Shown piece by piece: positions 25,033-32,599 of a DNA stretch of 64,000 bases. The notes below the pieces were generated by a model that was not told the DNA's origin, searched no databases, and saw nothing but the letters and a program-made list of their open reading frames with translations. The position numbers and the translations under genes were made by a program. The DNA is from Candidatus Micrarchaeota archaeon (GTDB lineage: Archaea > Micrarchaeota > Micrarchaeia > Micrarchaeales > Micrarchaeaceae). The DNA is taken from assembly GCA_021801385.1 (NCBI GenBank), contig JAJYYC010000002.1:45238-109237 (forward strand). The letters run 5' to 3'. Position 1 is the stretch's first letter, and every line of letters begins with the position of its first letter.

Positions 25033-26439
25033 TCATTTTGCCTGTGCGGCCATCTTTATTGCCAGGGCCCTATTCACATCTATCACGTTGTGCTCCTCTT
25101 CGGGATCGTTATCAAGGTCGTACATCGAGTCTTTCCTTTCTCCGAAGTAGTGCATGAGCTTCATGTTTCCGCAGTAAACCGCAGTAACGCGCTTGTTGTT
25201 CATGTGCTTCGCCTCGTATATGCGCGCCGCGCTCTTCGATCTTGGTTTTAGCATCCTTAGGAGCGTTTCGTCCCACCCTTCGCTTATTCCTGTGTGCTCC
25301 GAAACTGTGTAACGTGCGCCTTTCAGCTGGCCGTCAAGCGCCTCTGTCCGGCCCGATGCAAGGTCACTGATTGCACCATGCAATTTGTTCATTGGAACAG
25401 GCCCGTCAAAACGCTCGCTTTCGGAATCTATCTTCCCGTTGGTGTAATTAACAGCGATGAGCGGCACTCGCGCTATCCCCTCATAAGGCTGCAGTGAATG
25501 GTATAGCATATGGTGCTCGCCGAACATCTGTCCGTGGTCTGATGTTATTATCAGCGTCGCGTTGTCAAGGACCCCTGATTTTTTCATCGTTGTTATAGCT
25601 TCAGATATCTTTCTGTCAAGATATCTTATCCTTTTAATGTATCCATTGTAAAGCGCTCTTGCCGCCCTTTCGTCTAGATCCAGTATCCCACTCATATAGA
25701 GCCATTTGTCCTGGGCGACGCGTGCGGGATAGTTCTCGTGCGCCTCTATGTAATTCATGAATATGAACTGCGGACCGTAGTTATATCTCTGCTCAAGATA
25801 CTTTCTGAGTGCCGCATTCGCATCGCTTGCGCCCTTGTCAAGCCTGTTCCTGCCCTCCGCTTTGCTCACACCTTCGTTAAGCCTGTTCCTCAGTTCCATA
25901 TAAAGCCAGTCAAGAGCCCCTTTTGGCAACAAGCGCGTGCACACATAGCTTGCCAGATACATCTTATGCCGGGCAGATTGGCCGCCATTGATTATCACTG
26001 ACAGCTTTTCAGCCAATCCTTTGTTGTATTTTATGTTCGATTCCTTCCACACATCATAGATGTTTTCGAACCCCAAACCAAGGTTCGTTGTGCTTGTTAG
26101 GAACGGGTTGTTGGAGAGCAGCGTGGTCTGATATCCGATTCTTGATAGCCGCGATGCGATTGTTGTTTCTCCGCCGTTAAGGAACCTATTCTTTACCATC
26201 CATGGGTCTATCTCCTCCCTTCCGAAGAAATCCTTTGATACGCCAGGTATCTCGGTAACGCGCTTGTTTGTGAATAGCGACGCGTGAGATGGTGCGGTCC
26301 ACGTTCCAGGCGCAACAGCCGCGCTGTAGTACGTACCGCGCTTCGCCAGACTACGCAGTACCGGAATTCCGGACTCGCGCATAGCTGACGCTCGCACCGT
26401 GTCAAGCAACAGAACAACCACGTTCCTCTTGCCCTGCAT
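25033..26439 (-). CDS. sulfatase-fold (alkaline-phosphatase superfamily, PF00884-like) enzyme with a Thr nucleophile
   Basis: VVVLLLDTVRA (metal-binding Asp), TAPSHASLFT where sulfatases have C/S-x-P-S-R-A-S-L-x-T, and ITSDHGQMFGEHH. I prefer ATG 26439, with a TATA-like box upstream, over the TTG at 26496. Confidence 0.8.
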   Translation of the reverse strand: MQGKRNVVVLLLDTVRASAMRESGIPVLRSLAKRGTYYSAAVAPGTWTAPSHASLFTNKRVTEIPGVSKDFFGREEIDPWMVKNRFLNGGETTIASRLSRIGYQTTLLSNNPFLTSTTNLGLGFENIYDVWKESNIKYNKGLAEKLSVIINGGQSARHKMYLASYVCTRLLPKGALDWLYMELRNRLNEGVSKAEGRNRLDKGASDANAALRKYLEQRYNYGPQFIFMNYIEAHENYPARVAQDKWLYMSGILDLDERAARALYNGYIKRIRYLDRKISEAITTMKKSGVLDNATLIITSDHGQMFGEHHMLYHSLQPYEGIARVPLIAVNYTNGKIDSESERFDGPVPMNKLHGAISDLASGRTEALDGQLKGARYTVSEHTGISEGWDETLLRMLKPRSKSAARIYEAKHMNNKRVTAVYCGNMKLMHYFGERKDSMYDLDNDPEEEHNVIDVNRALAIKMAAQAK

Positions 26440-26685
26440 ATTAATGCGTCGCCGAAATGGTTTAAATACTTTATCAGGAAACGGTTTCAGGCCCAATTGA
26501 GAGGCTTGTACTATTGGATATCTATTGCAATGCGATGATGATTTAGTGCGGTTAATATGTATTTGGTGAAAAAATAGGTTAAATAGCTGGGCTTCTTCTA
26601 ACGTTAGCGGTGCGTTATTTGCAGAACTTTTAGCTTAAAGCCAAATCTAAATGTTGTTAAACTTTCTGCTCTAAACAGTATTGCA

Positions 26686-27822
26686 ATGGAAATTTGTGTA
26701 TTGAACCCCTACTTTTATCCGTATAAGGGGGGGACAGAGAAGGTTCTGTTCGAGGTCTATCGTAGGCTCGCCAAACGGCACAATATAACTGTGCTCACCT
26801 CTGATTTCGGATCGAAGTGCGGAACGACCGAATTGGAGGGAATCAATGTAAAGCGGATTCGTTCCAAAAGCCTCTACATACCTGGCGCACCGCTCAACTT
26901 TCAGTCGTTCTCGAACCTTGGCGGAGAGATACGAAAGGCGGCTGCGGATTTGTACCACATAAACAACAGGTACCAATATTTTTATCCCGACATATCTGCG
27001 ATTCCGTCTCGGAGCAAGATCGCTCTGACCATTCACAACTCGCTCCCCAAGAACATCGACATTCTGACCGACACAGCCGGGTTGTTTTATGACATTGTAT
27101 GGGGCAGAAGGATAATGAAGCGCGTGGACTTGATCACAGGCGTATCAAGAAATGCGATAGACACAACGGTGCCTAACGAGTTCTCGCACAAATCTTACGT
27201 AGTATACAACGGTGTTAATTATAACGTGCTAAGGAACCGCGGTAGAAACAGCAGACGTGTCTCATCGATTAGGCGCGAGCTGCATATAGATGCAGACCAT
27301 GTAGTTGTTTGCAATGGCAGGCTTGTGCCGCAGAAAGGCCAGCGCTACCTGATTGAGGCGATGCGTAATCTAAGGCGCCGAAGCGCCAGCCTTCTGCTGA
27401 TAGGCAGCGGTCCGCAGGAGTCTGAGTTGCGCAGGCTTGCACAGAAGGCAAACATACCTATCGCGATAACGTCAGGCCTCGATGACCTTGGGCTTGCCTA
27501 TCATTATTCAGCCGCTGACGTTGCCGTTGCCCCATCTCTCTACGAACCAGCATCTATGGCTGCGCTTGAGAGCATGTCATGCGAACTTCCGGTCGTGGCG
27601 TCTAAAATCGGAGGCCTTCCCGAGATGGTTGGCGAATGCGGCATATATGCTGAGACCAGAAACGTGAACCAGATACATGATGGGATAAAATCGCTCTTTG
27701 ATTCTCGCGCTGATGCTATCGCGCGCGGCAGGTGCGGAAGGAATAGGGTAATAAAAAGACACTCTTGGGATTCGATAGCGAAACGTTATGAGGAGCTATT
27801 TTTAAATACGATTAGATACTAA
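26686..27822 (+). CDS. glycosyltransferase family 4 (GT-B, Glycos_transf_1)
   Basis: EPASMAALESMSCELPVVASKIGGLPEMV is the E-x7-E region typical of GT4. Confidence 0.85.
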   Translation: MEICVLNPYFYPYKGGTEKVLFEVYRRLAKRHNITVLTSDFGSKCGTTELEGINVKRIRSKSLYIPGAPLNFQSFSNLGGEIRKAAADLYHINNRYQYFYPDISAIPSRSKIALTIHNSLPKNIDILTDTAGLFYDIVWGRRIMKRVDLITGVSRNAIDTTVPNEFSHKSYVVYNGVNYNVLRNRGRNSRRVSSIRRELHIDADHVVVCNGRLVPQKGQRYLIEAMRNLRRRSASLLLIGSGPQESELRRLAQKANIPIAITSGLDDLGLAYHYSAADVAVAPSLYEPASMAALESMSCELPVVASKIGGLPEMVGECGIYAETRNVNQIHDGIKSLFDSRADAIARGRCGRNRVIKRHSWDSIAKRYEELFLNTIRY

Positions 27823-27827
27823 CTCAA

Positions 27828-28892
27828 GTGATTGCAGTGTCTGTGCGACCGGTTAAAGCCGAAAGTCATGAACGCATCGACAGAGCAGAGTATCTCAAAA
27901 GGGTGCGCAGGTTCAGGAACATTGTTGTATATGTGCTCATCGGTAGCATCGCTGTTTTTGTTGGCATATCTGTTGTGTTTGGCGGAATAGACAAAGTTAT
28001 CGGCGAGATCGCAAAGGTAAATCCATGGATATACCTTCTCGCTTTTGTCTGCGTGTTCGCAAGCTACCTCGTAAGGTTCGGGAAATGGTCTTTCTATCTC
28101 AAGATGCTCAAGGTCAAGATACCTTGGTGGGAGAGCCTATCGATATACCTGTCTTTAGGTTCTATGAACATAACACCTGGTAGGGTTGGCCGAATACTCG
28201 GTGGCTATACGCTAGAGAAGGTGAGCGGCAAGAAGTTCATGACTGTCGCTCCCGCGGTCACGATGGATATCTTTTCAGACTTCCTTGGTTTTGCGTTCTT
28301 CGCAGGAGCTACAGCGATATTTTTCCACAAATACGTCATCTATGTGCTCTTCATCATCGTGCTGCTGTCGGTATCGTTCTGGGTCGTGCTTGATGACAGG
28401 TTCTACAGGTGGCTGAGTAGGGGCAGGGGTGGCATATTCAAACGTTTCACCCCTCATGCGAACATGTACTTCAAGTCCCAAGGGGCACTCAACAAACGCT
28501 GGATATACGCTTTTTCGTTCGTGTATACATTACCTGCTGATTTCCTCAACTCCCTTGCGCTCTATTTCACGCTCCTCGCATTAGGTATACACCCGAGCCT
28601 TGGCCTTGTGATATTCATATTCGCTACGGCGCACATATTCGGCATGGCGTCGTTCGTGCCAGGAAGCATAGGCGTGACAGATGTGACGATTGTTGTGCTC
28701 TCAGAAGCCGCATTCGGGATAAACGGAGCGCTTAGCGCCGCTGTCGCAATACTCACAAGGCTCGCTTCGCTCTGGTTCGTGGTAGGATTAGGGGCGTTCT
28801 TCCTGTTCTACACAATGAGATACTGGATAAGAGCAGAAGCTAAGTCGAAAAACAGCGCCTTGGCGAAAGGCCAAGGATTAAAGAAAAAATAG
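27828..28892 (+). CDS. flippase-like polytopic membrane protein (UPF0104 / LPG-synthase-TM-like)
   Basis: About 8 TM helices, adjacent to and in the same direction as the GT4 gene. Family call is tentative. Confidence 0.6.
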   Translation: MIAVSVRPVKAESHERIDRAEYLKRVRRFRNIVVYVLIGSIAVFVGISVVFGGIDKVIGEIAKVNPWIYLLAFVCVFASYLVRFGKWSFYLKMLKVKIPWWESLSIYLSLGSMNITPGRVGRILGGYTLEKVSGKKFMTVAPAVTMDIFSDFLGFAFFAGATAIFFHKYVIYVLFIIVLLSVSFWVVLDDRFYRWLSRGRGGIFKRFTPHANMYFKSQGALNKRWIYAFSFVYTLPADFLNSLALYFTLLALGIHPSLGLVIFIFATAHIFGMASFVPGSIGVTDVTIVVLSEAAFGINGALSAAVAILTRLASLWFVVGLGAFFLFYTMRYWIRAEAKSKNSALAKGQGLKKK

Positions 28893-28900
28893 AGCTGAGA

Positions 28901-29242
28901 TTACATCTCATCTTCAGGCATCGGTTCGCTCTCTTCATCAGAGCCTTCTCCCTTCTCGATTACCTTGACCTTGCCGAACTTGCCTGTTGCGAGCTGCGGA
29001 GTGCCGCGGAACTCGTTCACATAGCCATTCTCGACTTCTATTGTGTCGCCCATATTGACGGCGCTTATGTCGTTGCCCCATAAGGACATCGCAATGCTGC
29101 CGCTGTCATCCTTTATAGTTATGTTTGCGACACTGAGTCTCTTTCCATACTTCGACGTTACTTCGCGCGGGGCGTCCTTCTGGGTTACTTTACCCTGAAC
29201 CGTGACGTTGCTCGCACCAACCTTAAGCTCGCTTATTTTCAT
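28901..29242 (-). CDS. single OB-fold nucleic-acid-binding protein (RPA/SSB-like) with an acidic tail
   Basis: ISELKVGASNVTVQGKV ... ITIKDDSGSIAMSLWGNDI ... IEVENGYVNEFRG has the OB-fold (tRNA_anti-like) pattern. The C-terminus is EGSDEESEPMPEDEM. Confidence 0.65.
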   Translation of the reverse strand: MKISELKVGASNVTVQGKVTQKDAPREVTSKYGKRLSVANITIKDDSGSIAMSLWGNDISAVNMGDTIEVENGYVNEFRGTPQLATGKFGKVKVIEKGEGSDEESEPMPEDEM

Positions 29243-29427
29243 TTACTGCACCGATAACAAGTAGTTTAGATTATGTTTAGAAAGTTATTTAACAGTATAT
29301 TATGCGCCAGCCATTTGTTGCGGTGCTGGTTCTGCAGTGCCTTGTTTTGACGCGCTTTCCGGTATCGCATATCATGGATTTCCATAAATATAGTTTTATA
29401 GGTGCGCTACGATATCTATGCGATATA

Positions 29428-30201
29428 ATGGCAGAACAGATGCACCCCTCATTTATGAACGTTATCAAGCAGAAGGAGCGTATCCGCGGCAAGATGGCCG
29501 GAGTGAAACACAGGATAGGCGTATACAGCGCTAAGGGCGGTGTCGGCAAAACCACCGTTTCGGTAAATCTGGCGTATACGCTGGCTGGTTCCGGAAGACG
29601 CGTCGGCCTGCTCGATGCTGACATCGACTGCCCAAATATATCGATGTTCCTTGGGATTAGTGAACGCATGGACACATCTTCATTACCGCTCAAGCCTATC
29701 GTCAAAAACGGAATAAAGGTGGCGTCAACCGCGATGCTCGTCGATGATGAGAAGAGGCCGATCATATGGCGTGGCCCTATGGTCGCGAAGATGATAGCTG
29801 ACTTCTTTGAAAACACAGAATGGGGGGAGCTAGATTACCTCATAATCGACCTCAGCCCTGGCACCTCTGACAGCCCGTTAAGTCTGATGCAGCTCCTTGA
29901 TCTTGACGGCATATTAATAGTCACAACGCCGCAGCGAATAGCCGGTATAAACTCTTTGCGTTCAGGTCTTATGGCGAAGCGGATGAACGTCCCCATCCTT
30001 GGGGTTGTTGAGAACATGTCATCCGGTCAGATAAGCGAAAGCACCAAGGACCTGATCAGCAGACTAGACACTGTATTGCTTGGAACCGTTGCGATGAACA
30101 GCGCGCATAATGCGGCGAGCGATTCCGGAAGGCCTTCTGTTTTATCAGACAAAAAGTCGAAGGAGGAATTCTTATCGATATCTGAAAGGATTCTTGGCTG
30201 A
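29428..30201 (+). CDS. Mrp/NBP35/ApbC-family Fe-S cluster carrier ATPase
   Basis: IGVYSAKGGVGKTTVSVNLA (deviant Walker A) and LIIDLSPGTSD. The track start at 29302 adds a hydrophobic, unlikely N-terminus, so I prefer ATG 29428. Confidence 0.85.
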   Translation: MAEQMHPSFMNVIKQKERIRGKMAGVKHRIGVYSAKGGVGKTTVSVNLAYTLAGSGRRVGLLDADIDCPNISMFLGISERMDTSSLPLKPIVKNGIKVASTAMLVDDEKRPIIWRGPMVAKMIADFFENTEWGELDYLIIDLSPGTSDSPLSLMQLLDLDGILIVTTPQRIAGINSLRSGLMAKRMNVPILGVVENMSSGQISESTKDLISRLDTVLLGTVAMNSAHNAASDSGRPSVLSDKKSKEEFLSISERILG

Positions 30202-31338
30202 TCAGAACCTTCCCGGAGTCGTGGTTGCCATACCTGAATATGTAAAGTCATACATGTCGTTTGAGTACGAGGACTTTTCATCAATCATAACCCGTGTCGC
30301 TATGGCATGCACAGATATCGTGAACGCCAAGAATTCAACCATTGAGATGAGTGCTATCAGCGATTCGAACTGCGCTCCGAATTGGTATGTGAAGAACTGG
30401 TAGCTCATAAATACGACAGCTATTATGGTAACAATAATGTTGGTGATCGAGCTATTCCTCGATTGGGATATGGCGTATGTCGCGGTGAGCATGTTTATAA
30501 GCAAAATCAATACGTCAGCTAATATGAATTTAGACGCATTTGTCGCAGATATCACAAAAGAGACTATCCCGCTCTGCCATATGTATGCGGCTATGCCGGC
30601 AAGCGTGTTGCTCGAATAGTATATCATTCCGAGCATCAGAGACATTATGAGCAGCGCCGGCACAAGGTTCGAAAGACCATACTCTGATGCCAGCCTCGCC
30701 TTGTACTGGTTTGATATCTTTGCCATGTCGTTTGAGCAGTAATAACCCTTTTTGTATTCCACGATGTCCTCGAAGCAGAAGGGCCTGTGGCAGGTGAAGC
30801 AGACCGCATATGCGTGGCGCCATGGGTGATTTATGCATGTCAGCTTAGCCGCGATCTCCCTGCTCTGCGCTTTGTTCCTGATATCCCTGAGCTTGCCGTA
30901 GCCGCTCCTGTACTTTGTCTGCTGTACATCGCTAGTGAAATACACGCCTGGATCAGGAAACGCTTCGCTCTGGGCGAATGATGTGGTCTCCTCTGCCCTG
31001 ATTGTGTATGGTTGGTACTGCGATATGGTGTAGGTTTCATCAGATATCTTAAGCTTTGGTTCCGTGTCCTTGTGTCCCACATTGCCAAGAACACTGCTCT
31101 CCCTGGTCTTTGTCTCGCTCTGATTTTGCTGAGCCTTTGTGGTAGCTTGTTGTTTTTCAGCAGGCGCCGGCGCAATCGCTGGCTTCGCCTGTATTATTGT
31201 CTCTGTTGCTTTAGCAGTTTTATTTGCAGCAGTTGCCGCTTGCGCATTTGTTGGTGTCGGCGCAGATGCCTGCGTTGGCGCTGACACTCCCTTCTCCCTC
31301 AATTTGAATATGAGAAGGTTGTCAGGGTCCACCATCAA
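30202..31338 (-). CDS. membrane protein with a low-complexity N-terminus and a B-box-like zinc-binding motif
   Basis: An A/T/P/Q-rich region, then CINHPWRHAYAVCFTCHRPFCFEDIVEYKKGYYC (C-x2-H-x8-C-x2-C-x4-C), then about 5 TM helices. Confidence 0.6.
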   Translation of the reverse strand: MMVDPDNLLIFKLREKGVSAPTQASAPTPTNAQAATAANKTAKATETIIQAKPAIAPAPAEKQQATTKAQQNQSETKTRESSVLGNVGHKDTEPKLKISDETYTISQYQPYTIRAEETTSFAQSEAFPDPGVYFTSDVQQTKYRSGYGKLRDIRNKAQSREIAAKLTCINHPWRHAYAVCFTCHRPFCFEDIVEYKKGYYCSNDMAKISNQYKARLASEYGLSNLVPALLIMSLMLGMIYYSSNTLAGIAAYIWQSGIVSFVISATNASKFILADVLILLINMLTATYAISQSRNSSITNIIVTIIAVVFMSYQFFTYQFGAQFESLIALISMVEFLAFTISVHAIATRVMIDEKSSYSNDMYDFTYSGMATTTPGRF

Positions 31339-31342
31339 ACCA

Positions 31343-31582
31343 CTAGAACCGCTTTGATTTTGCGATCGCGCGCTGTTTTAGCTTCTCGAATATGCCCCTG
31401 TGCTTCGCACAGCTTATGCAATACTGTGTCTTGAGCCTCTCAAAGAACCTTACGTCCTGTGTCGTTCTAGTCTCAGTGCTGAAACTTACTGGGCGCTCAT
31501 AGACCACTGCTTTGCTCCTTGGCACCTTCCTGCCACACTGGTCGCATGTGACTAAAGTGTCTTTTCCTCTCAACCATAACAC
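31343..31582 (-). CDS. rps26e: ribosomal protein S26e-like
   Basis: VTCDQCGRKVPRSKAV ... YCISCAKHRG matches the S26e pattern C-x2-C-x-x-VPKDKA ... YC-x-SCA-x-H. GTG start, with an N-terminus shorter than usual. Confidence 0.6.
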   Translation of the reverse strand: MLWLRGKDTLVTCDQCGRKVPRSKAVVYERPVSFSTETRTTQDVRFFERLKTQYCISCAKHRGIFEKLKQRAIAKSKRF

Positions 31583-31648
31583 CTTTGATTATTACTATTA
31601 TGTATAAAAAGATTAATAGCCATAATAGATAACGTATAGGGGGATAGA

Positions 31649-32170
31649 TTGAAGGTACTCATAGTCGGAGCAGACAAGGACGCATGTATCGAGTTTGCGA
31701 ATGCGCTCAATTCGTCCGAGTCGGGTGCGACAGCGATAATAGGCGGTTCTGATTATTCTGATGCGACAGGTAAGCTTGGCAGGGATGTCGATGCGATAGC
31801 CCTCATCTCGCAAAAGCCGATAGCTGATGCGATAGAAGCAAACAGGAACCAGAAGGTCCGTGCTGCTGTCTGCAGAAATGCTGGCGATGTGAGAGACGCG
31901 ATCAGCTGCGGAACCAACATTTTTGTGGTATCGGCGTTTGACGCGCAGAGGCACCAGACCGCTGCTGTCGCTGCGATGATAGGAAAGCAGAACGGCGGGT
32001 TTACTCACGCCGCAGCTCCTGAGAGGAAAAAGACCTCGCCTGTGGCTCCAGTGAAGCAGCAGAAGAAGCAGGAGCAACAACCTCAATATGAAGAGAACAA
32101 TAATGATGGTGGATCTGATGACGATCCTGGCATAAAGTCAAAGCTACGCAATATATTTGGGATTGAGTGA
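31649..32170 (+). CDS. RpiB/LacAB-like domain protein with a K/Q/E-rich tail
   Basis: KVLIVGADKD ... ANRNQKVRAAVCRNAGDVRDAISCGTNIFVVSA resembles ANK..GIRAAlC.d...A...R.HNdaNvL of RpiB. TTG start. The opposite-strand ORF 31613..32086 is low-complexity. Confidence 0.45.
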   Translation: MKVLIVGADKDACIEFANALNSSESGATAIIGGSDYSDATGKLGRDVDAIALISQKPIADAIEANRNQKVRAAVCRNAGDVRDAISCGTNIFVVSAFDAQRHQTAAVAAMIGKQNGGFTHAAAPERKKTSPVAPVKQQKKQEQQPQYEENNNDGGSDDDPGIKSKLRNIFGIE

Positions 32171-32171
32171 T

Positions 32172-32537
32172 ATGGAGCTGGATTGTGAAAATGTTGGCAA
32201 GATCGTTCTCCCTGCAATGCGGAGAGCTGTTGCGAAGGAGCTGACAGACAGATACAACATGAAACAGGATGCGATTGCCGCACTTCTGGATGTTAAACAG
32301 GCCTCTGTGAGCAACTACAACAGAAGGTTCAGCTCGCCAAGAGTGGCGATGGTCGAGAAGTTCCTTGAAAGGAGCGGCGTTGCCTCAAGAATAGCTAAGA
32401 TGGCCGCATCAGGTGTGCCAAAGCAGCGCATATTAGCGGCTATGGAGGGCGCGATAGCGGAACCGCTCATGATGGAGATAGCGCTAGAGCTGCGCGACCC
32501 GAACCGACGTAGCGGCGCCAAATTTGGAAGGAAGTAA
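32172..32537 (+). CDS. small HTH transcription regulator (COG2522-like)
   Basis: MKQDAIAALLDVKQASVSNYNRR is an XRE-type helix-turn-helix. ATG 32172 follows the upstream stop by 1 nt. Confidence 0.55.
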   Translation: MELDCENVGKIVLPAMRRAVAKELTDRYNMKQDAIAALLDVKQASVSNYNRRFSSPRVAMVEKFLERSGVASRIAKMAASGVPKQRILAAMEGAIAEPLMMEIALELRDPNRRSGAKFGRK

Positions 32538-32599
32538 AATTTGGTTTGTGCAACCTTTTTATACCTTCCCGGAACGACTTCTATTGCTGGTGTATAATA

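Noticed and set aside
29289-29816. 175-aa minus-strand ORF, and the long N-terminal extension of the plus-strand ORF (29302-29427)
   Set aside because: The plus strand from ATG 29428 gives a canonical Mrp/NBP35 protein. The minus ORF and the hydrophobic extension have no support and would cover the divergent promoter region.
31613-32086. 157-aa minus-strand ORF starting MRLLLLLLLLLHW
   Set aside because: It is the low-complexity mirror of the K/Q/E-rich tail of the plus-strand gene. The plus-strand product has an RpiB-like core.
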